Origin: Leucoraja erinacea | Taxonomy: Eukaryota | Assembly (NCBI RefSeq): GCF_028641065.1 | Contig: NC_073406.1 | Coordinates: 3,844,001-3,908,000 of the forward strand | DNA length: 64,000 nucleotides | Direction: 5' to 3' | Part shown: positions 59,335 through 64,000 of the stretch, one piece after another | How positions within the stretch are numbered: position 1 is the first letter of the stretch | Layout: each line of letters starts with the position of its first letter | Notes under the pieces: generated by a model | Told to the model about the DNA's origin: nothing | Databases searched by the model: none | What the model saw: only the letters and a program-made list of their open reading frames with translations | Made by a program: the position numbers and the translations under genes

Positions 59335-59956
59335 ATTTGAGTAGAGGAGCAGGGAGGTTCTACTGCAGTTGTACAGGGTCTTGGTGAGACCACACCTGGA
59401 GTATTGCGTACAGTTTTGGTCTCCTAATCTGAGGAAAGACATTCTTGCCATAGAGGGAGTACAGAGAAGGTTCACCAGACTGATTCCTGGGATGTCAGGA
59501 CTTTCATATGAAGAAAGACTGGATAGACTCGGTTTGTACTCGCTAGAATTTAGAAGATTGAGGGGTGATCTTATAGAAACTTACAAAATTCTTAAGGGGT
59601 TGGACAGGCTAGATGCAGGAAGATTGTTCCCGATGTTGGGGAAGTCCAGAACAAGGGGCCACAGTTTAAGGATAAGGGGGAAATCTTTTAGGACCGAGAT
59701 GAGGAAAACTTTTTTCACACAGAGAGTGGTGAATCTCTGGAATCTCTGCCGCAGAAGGTAGTTGAGGCCAGTTCATTGGCTATATTTAAGAGGGAGTTAG
59801 ATGTGGCCCTTGTGGCTAAAGGGATCAGGGGGGTATGGAGAGAAGGCAGGAACAGGATACTGAGTTGGATGATCAGCCATGATCATATTGAATGGCGGTG
59901 CAGGCTCGAAGGGCCGAATGGCCTCTAATCCTGCACCTATTTTCTATGTTTCTATG
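59335..59956 (+). mobile_element. CR1 3' fragment
   Basis: [40 protein letters not shown]...; TTTCTATG tail. Confidence 0.9.
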
Positions 59957-60119
59957 TAAAAACGACTTTGAAAAGATATTTCGTCAGATATATGGATAGG
60001 AAGTATTTAGTATATATTGCTAATAAGTGATAATACACACAAACACACAGCTTTCAAAGGAGGGAATGGTTCTTAAAGCAATTCCTTACGTTTGTTGCTT
60101 CTGGTTGTGCTGGGTGATA

Positions 60120-60322
60120 TTCGGGCCTAGGCCTGGAAACCATGGCAACGGGTCGGGAATAGACGGCGGACCGGAAGCCGGGGCGGGACGGGGCGGGACA
60201 AGCGCCCTTGTTTGTTGTCCGCTCCTGCGGCCTTGCGGCTCCATCAGTCAGTCAGTCAGGAAGGGATAGAGGTAGAGAGAGGTGTGAAGTTTTGCCCGAT
60301 CGACCGCTGCGAGGGGGTAAGT
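60120..60322 (+). promoter_or_regulatory. GC-rich promoter and probable non-coding first exon of an unidentified gene
   Basis: X-box-like GGAAACCATGGCAAC 60135-60149, ETS CCGGAAG 60171-60177, two GGGGCGGGA boxes 60180-60198, donor G|GTAAGT at 60317. Confidence 0.6.
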
Positions 60323-61144
60323 CAGGAGCCGGCCCCCAGCCGCCTGATCATTGACACAGAACAAGCCAGGACTAAACACCCCCCCCCCCCAGTCACCCAT
60401 TCCATCTCTCCAGAGATGCTGCCTGTGTTACTCCAGCATTTTGTGTCTACATCTTAGATGAAACCAGCATCTACCTGCCTTCCTTCCTACCCCAAAACCC
60501 CCGAACCCTGCGACAGATCGGCCTACATAGGCGCATTCATGTGACAACTGTTTTATATTACCTTTCTTAATAACTTGGGAATTTCTCCTACAGATCAGAC
60601 TCTCTTCCCTTCTGCAAACTCGACTACGGATCAATGGGTTCTGCTTGTCCTCTGGCATTTTGTCACCGTGGCCTTCCTTGTCTCCGGCTAGACTGTGAGT
60701 ATGCCCAGGATTCTTTTTACGACCTTCAAGGGCAATACCCGAGAACCATCAAAACCTCTTCCCTCGACGCCGCACGTGTAATAAGTACTGTGTAGTGTCC
60801 AGAGCCAGTTTAGTACCATTTACTAACTCGAGTGCTGTCGAAGTTTCTGAACCCCTTGGTAAATTAACCTGGCAGTCCTATCTGGAATGAAAGTACAGAT
60901 TGTATCCTGTCACCCAGTGCTGCTATCCCTATAATTCAAAATATGTTTGATGTAAAGTTGTTGAGAGCAAGACTGTAGTAGACCTGATAGAATTGTTAGT
61001 AGGTATACAAAGACGCTGGAGAAACAGAGGGTGCAGCAGCATCTATCTCTTTTGAAAATCACTTCATAATTTATTTGATAATCTAAGGAAATGTCGCAAC
61101 ACTTTCCATTGCAGTCCCAGAAGAGGAAATACAGTATAATATAA

Positions 61145-61620
61145 CCATATAACAATTACAGCACGGAAACAGGCCATCTCGGCCCCTCTAGTCCGTGCCG
61201 AACACGTATTCTCCCCTAATCCCATCTACCTGCACTCAGACCATAACCCTCCATTCCTTTCCCGTCCATATAACTATCCAATTTATTTTTAAATGATAAA
61301 ATCAAACCTGCCTCCACCACCTTCACTGGAAGCTCATTCCACACAGCTACCACTCTCTGAGCAAAGAAGTTCCCCCTCATGTTACCCCTAAACCTCTGTC
61401 CCTTAATTCTCAAGTCATGTCCACTTGTTTGAATCTTCCCTACTCTCAGTCAACTCTGTCTATCCCTCTCATCATTTTAAAGACCTCTATCAAGTCTTAA
61501 CCTTCTGCACTCCAAAGAATAAAGACCTAACTTGTTCAACCTCTCTCTGTAACTTAGTTGCTGAAACCCAGGCAACATTCTAGTAAACCTCCTCTGTACT
61601 CTTTCTATTTTGTTGACCAA
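61145..61620 (-). mobile_element. CR1-clade 3' fragment of a second subfamily (also about 11500-11765 on +)
   Basis: [28 protein letters not shown]...; (TTATATGG)n tail. Confidence 0.8.
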
Positions 61621-62599
61621 TCTGATACAATCTTCCTAGTCTTTGGTATATCTTTTCTACCTGTAAATCTGGCACTTTGCTACAAGTCTGAGAACTATAT
61701 TCTGCACATTAGAAACATAGAAACATAGAAAATAGGTGCAGGAGTAGGCCATTCGGCCCTTCGAGCCTGCACATTGTATCTTTCAACTTAAGTGGGAAAT
61801 AAGTGTACGGTATGCTTGCCTGCATTGGTAGGAGCATTGAATCTAAGAACCAGGAAGTCATGTTGCAGCTCGAGTACTGTGGCACTGCATTTCAAGTATT
61901 CTGTGGAGTTCTGGTTGTCCCATTACAGGAAAGATGTGGAGACTTTGGAGAGGGTACAGAGGAGGTTTACCAAAATGCTGCCTGTGTTAGAGAGTTTCAG
62001 CTACAGATAGAGGTTGGATAGACTTGGATTGTTTTCTTTCAAATGTCACATGTTGAGTGGAGACTTAATAGAAGTATATAAAATTATGCGAGGCATCGAT
62101 AGGATAGACGCTCTGACCCTTTTTCCTAGTGTGGAAATATCCAACACTAGCGGGCGTAGATATCAGATGAGAGGGGGACAGTTTAATGGAGATGTGCGGG
62201 ACAAGTTTTTTTTTTTCACAGAGAGGAATGGGAGCTTGGAATGTATTGCTGGGGTGGTGGTAAAGGTAAATTGTATTGCAGCTATATGGGCACATGGAAT
62301 TGTATTGTTTATTTTAGAGGGAGTTAGATGTGGCCCTTGTGGCACATGGGAAGTGCAGGTAAATACTGAGTTGGTATCAGCCATTATCATATTGAATGGC
62401 GGTGCAGGCTCGAAGGGCCGAATGGCCTACTCCTGCACCTAATTTCTATGTTTCTATGCAGGAAATAGAGGGGTATGGATTCAGATTCAGATTCAATTTT
62501 AATTGTCATTGTGGGCTGTAGGGCACGAAATGTTCTATGTTCTAGTACTTGAGTTTTGAATAAATAGTTTGGGGGGGGGGGGGGGGGGTGGTCAGTCAC

Positions 62600-62935
62600 C
62601 AAGGTACTTGTTGAGTAGATGGACAGTCGCCGAAGAAGCTGTTCCTCGACCTGCTGGTTCGGCAACGGAGAGACCTGTAGCGCCTCCCGGATGGTGGGAG
62701 GGTAAAACAGTCCATGGTTGGGGTGACAGTCCATATGCTGAGCGCCCTCCGCAGACAGCGGTTTGGACAGACTCAATGGAGGGGAGCGAGGAACCGGTGA
62801 TGCGTTGGGCAATTTTCACCACCCTCTGCAATGCCTTCCGGTCGGAGACAGAGCAGTTGCCATACCATACTGTGATGCAGTTGGTAAGGATGCTCTCGAT
62901 GGTGCAGCGGTAGAAGTTCACCAGGATCTGAGGAG
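62600..62935 (-). mobile_element. Rex1/Babar-type RT C-terminal fragment
   Basis: ILVNFYRCTIESILTNCITVWYGNCSVSDRKALQRVVKIAQRITG. Confidence 0.8.
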
Positions 62936-64000
62936 TATCATCATGTATCATGTGTAGGCAGATGAGATCAGTTTAACTTGGCATCATGTTTGGCAGAAAA
63001 CATTGTGGGCTGTAGGGCCTGTTCTATGTTCTAGTACTTGAGTTTAGTTTGGTTAGTCAAGCCAAACTCAATAGATGGAGTCTGAAGAACAGTTCTGAAC
63101 CAAAACATTATCCATATGTGTTCTCCAGTGGTGCTGCCTGACCCGCTGAGTTACTCCAACACTTATTGTTTTATACTATATTCTGTAGTATCATCTGATG
63201 TGATGGGACAGCACGTAAAAACAATTGTTCATGGTACCTCAGTACGTAACAATAATTAATCTAAACCTAATATATGTGTTTGTGTCAATCCATCTTCCCC
63301 CTTTCATCTGTATTTTAGCAATATGACAAGATATCTCACTGCCCTTAGTGCCAACTTCTTTAACTAAATATCTATGGAGCAGAACGGGAATCAGATCCGC
63401 ATCTAGCAATTCTGATGATTGTTTATCTAGAGTCCAGCTGAGCCCCTGCACCATGAAGTAGCTAAGGTTCAATGTTCACTCTTTGTGGATTTGGCTAATT
63501 AAAGGAATTGTGCTGCAGGTGATCCTGGGTTGAAACTGGAAAATCTCCTAAATTTCTAAAATCTGCCTTAAACATGGTCCTGCAGGGAATAAAGAGCTAT
63601 GTATCTCGTGCAGGTAGAGGAGATCACTTTAACTTGGCACTGTGTTTTAGCAGAGCATTGTAGGCTGATTGATGGCCCTGCTCCTCTGCTTTTTTGACAC
63701 GTAGGTGTCATGTGAGAATTAACATTAGATACCTCACCTTGTCATTCATCTTTGTATTTTACTCTGTATTTAGTTGTTAATCCCATTAATCTTTGACAAA
63801 TATAATTTGGGGCGATTTAATTACACTCTGAATAATTATTATTTGTTTTGAAAGTTAGGGTTATATTTGTAGATGTGACACCACTTCTAGCAGAGAGTTG
63901 CAATTGACAATAATGGTTAATCCTTAGATTGAGAACTGTAGCAGACCAGCAGCAAGTGTGTTGTGGACCAAGTGGTTTGCTTTGAACAGGTTGCTGTTAC

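Noticed and set aside
63239-63472. 77-aa minus-strand ORF or possible exon near 63320
   Set aside because: No homology recognised; plus-strand frames after the candidate acceptor close quickly.

Overview
Vertebrate genomic DNA, most likely a cartilaginous fish (skate/ray-like, inferred from HE1-type SINEs, CR1 LINEs and Penelope-derived repeats). I reconstructed three complete multi-exon genes by hand from GT-AG sites and codon phase. DDI2 is on the minus strand (9 coding exons, 409 aa), followed by a 2-kb terminal exon carrying the RSC1A1-like UBA ORF. DDOST/OST48 is on the minus strand (11 exons, 447 aa). CASP9 is on the plus strand (9 exons, 411 aa), head-to-head with DDOST. An unassigned GC-rich promoter/first exon lies near 60.2 kb. 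Main observation: the RSC1A1 ORF has no start codon at its 5' end but opens at a splice acceptor exactly in phase with DDI2 exon 8. Skipping the 61-nt stop-containing exon 9 would give a 1059-aa DDI2-RSC1A1 protein (UBL-HDD-protease-UIM-linker-UBA), restoring the UBA of ancestral Ddi1. Other signals: Penelope termini with minimal hammerhead-ribozyme cores and fold-back copies, 30-36-bp hAT-like insertions with 8-bp TSDs, a 28-bp minisatellite at the CASP9 start, a tetraloop-swapped retroposon stem-loop, and a duplicated structured segment in DDOST introns. Most ORFs in the supplied track are repeat-derived or spurious. Repeat boundaries are approximate.
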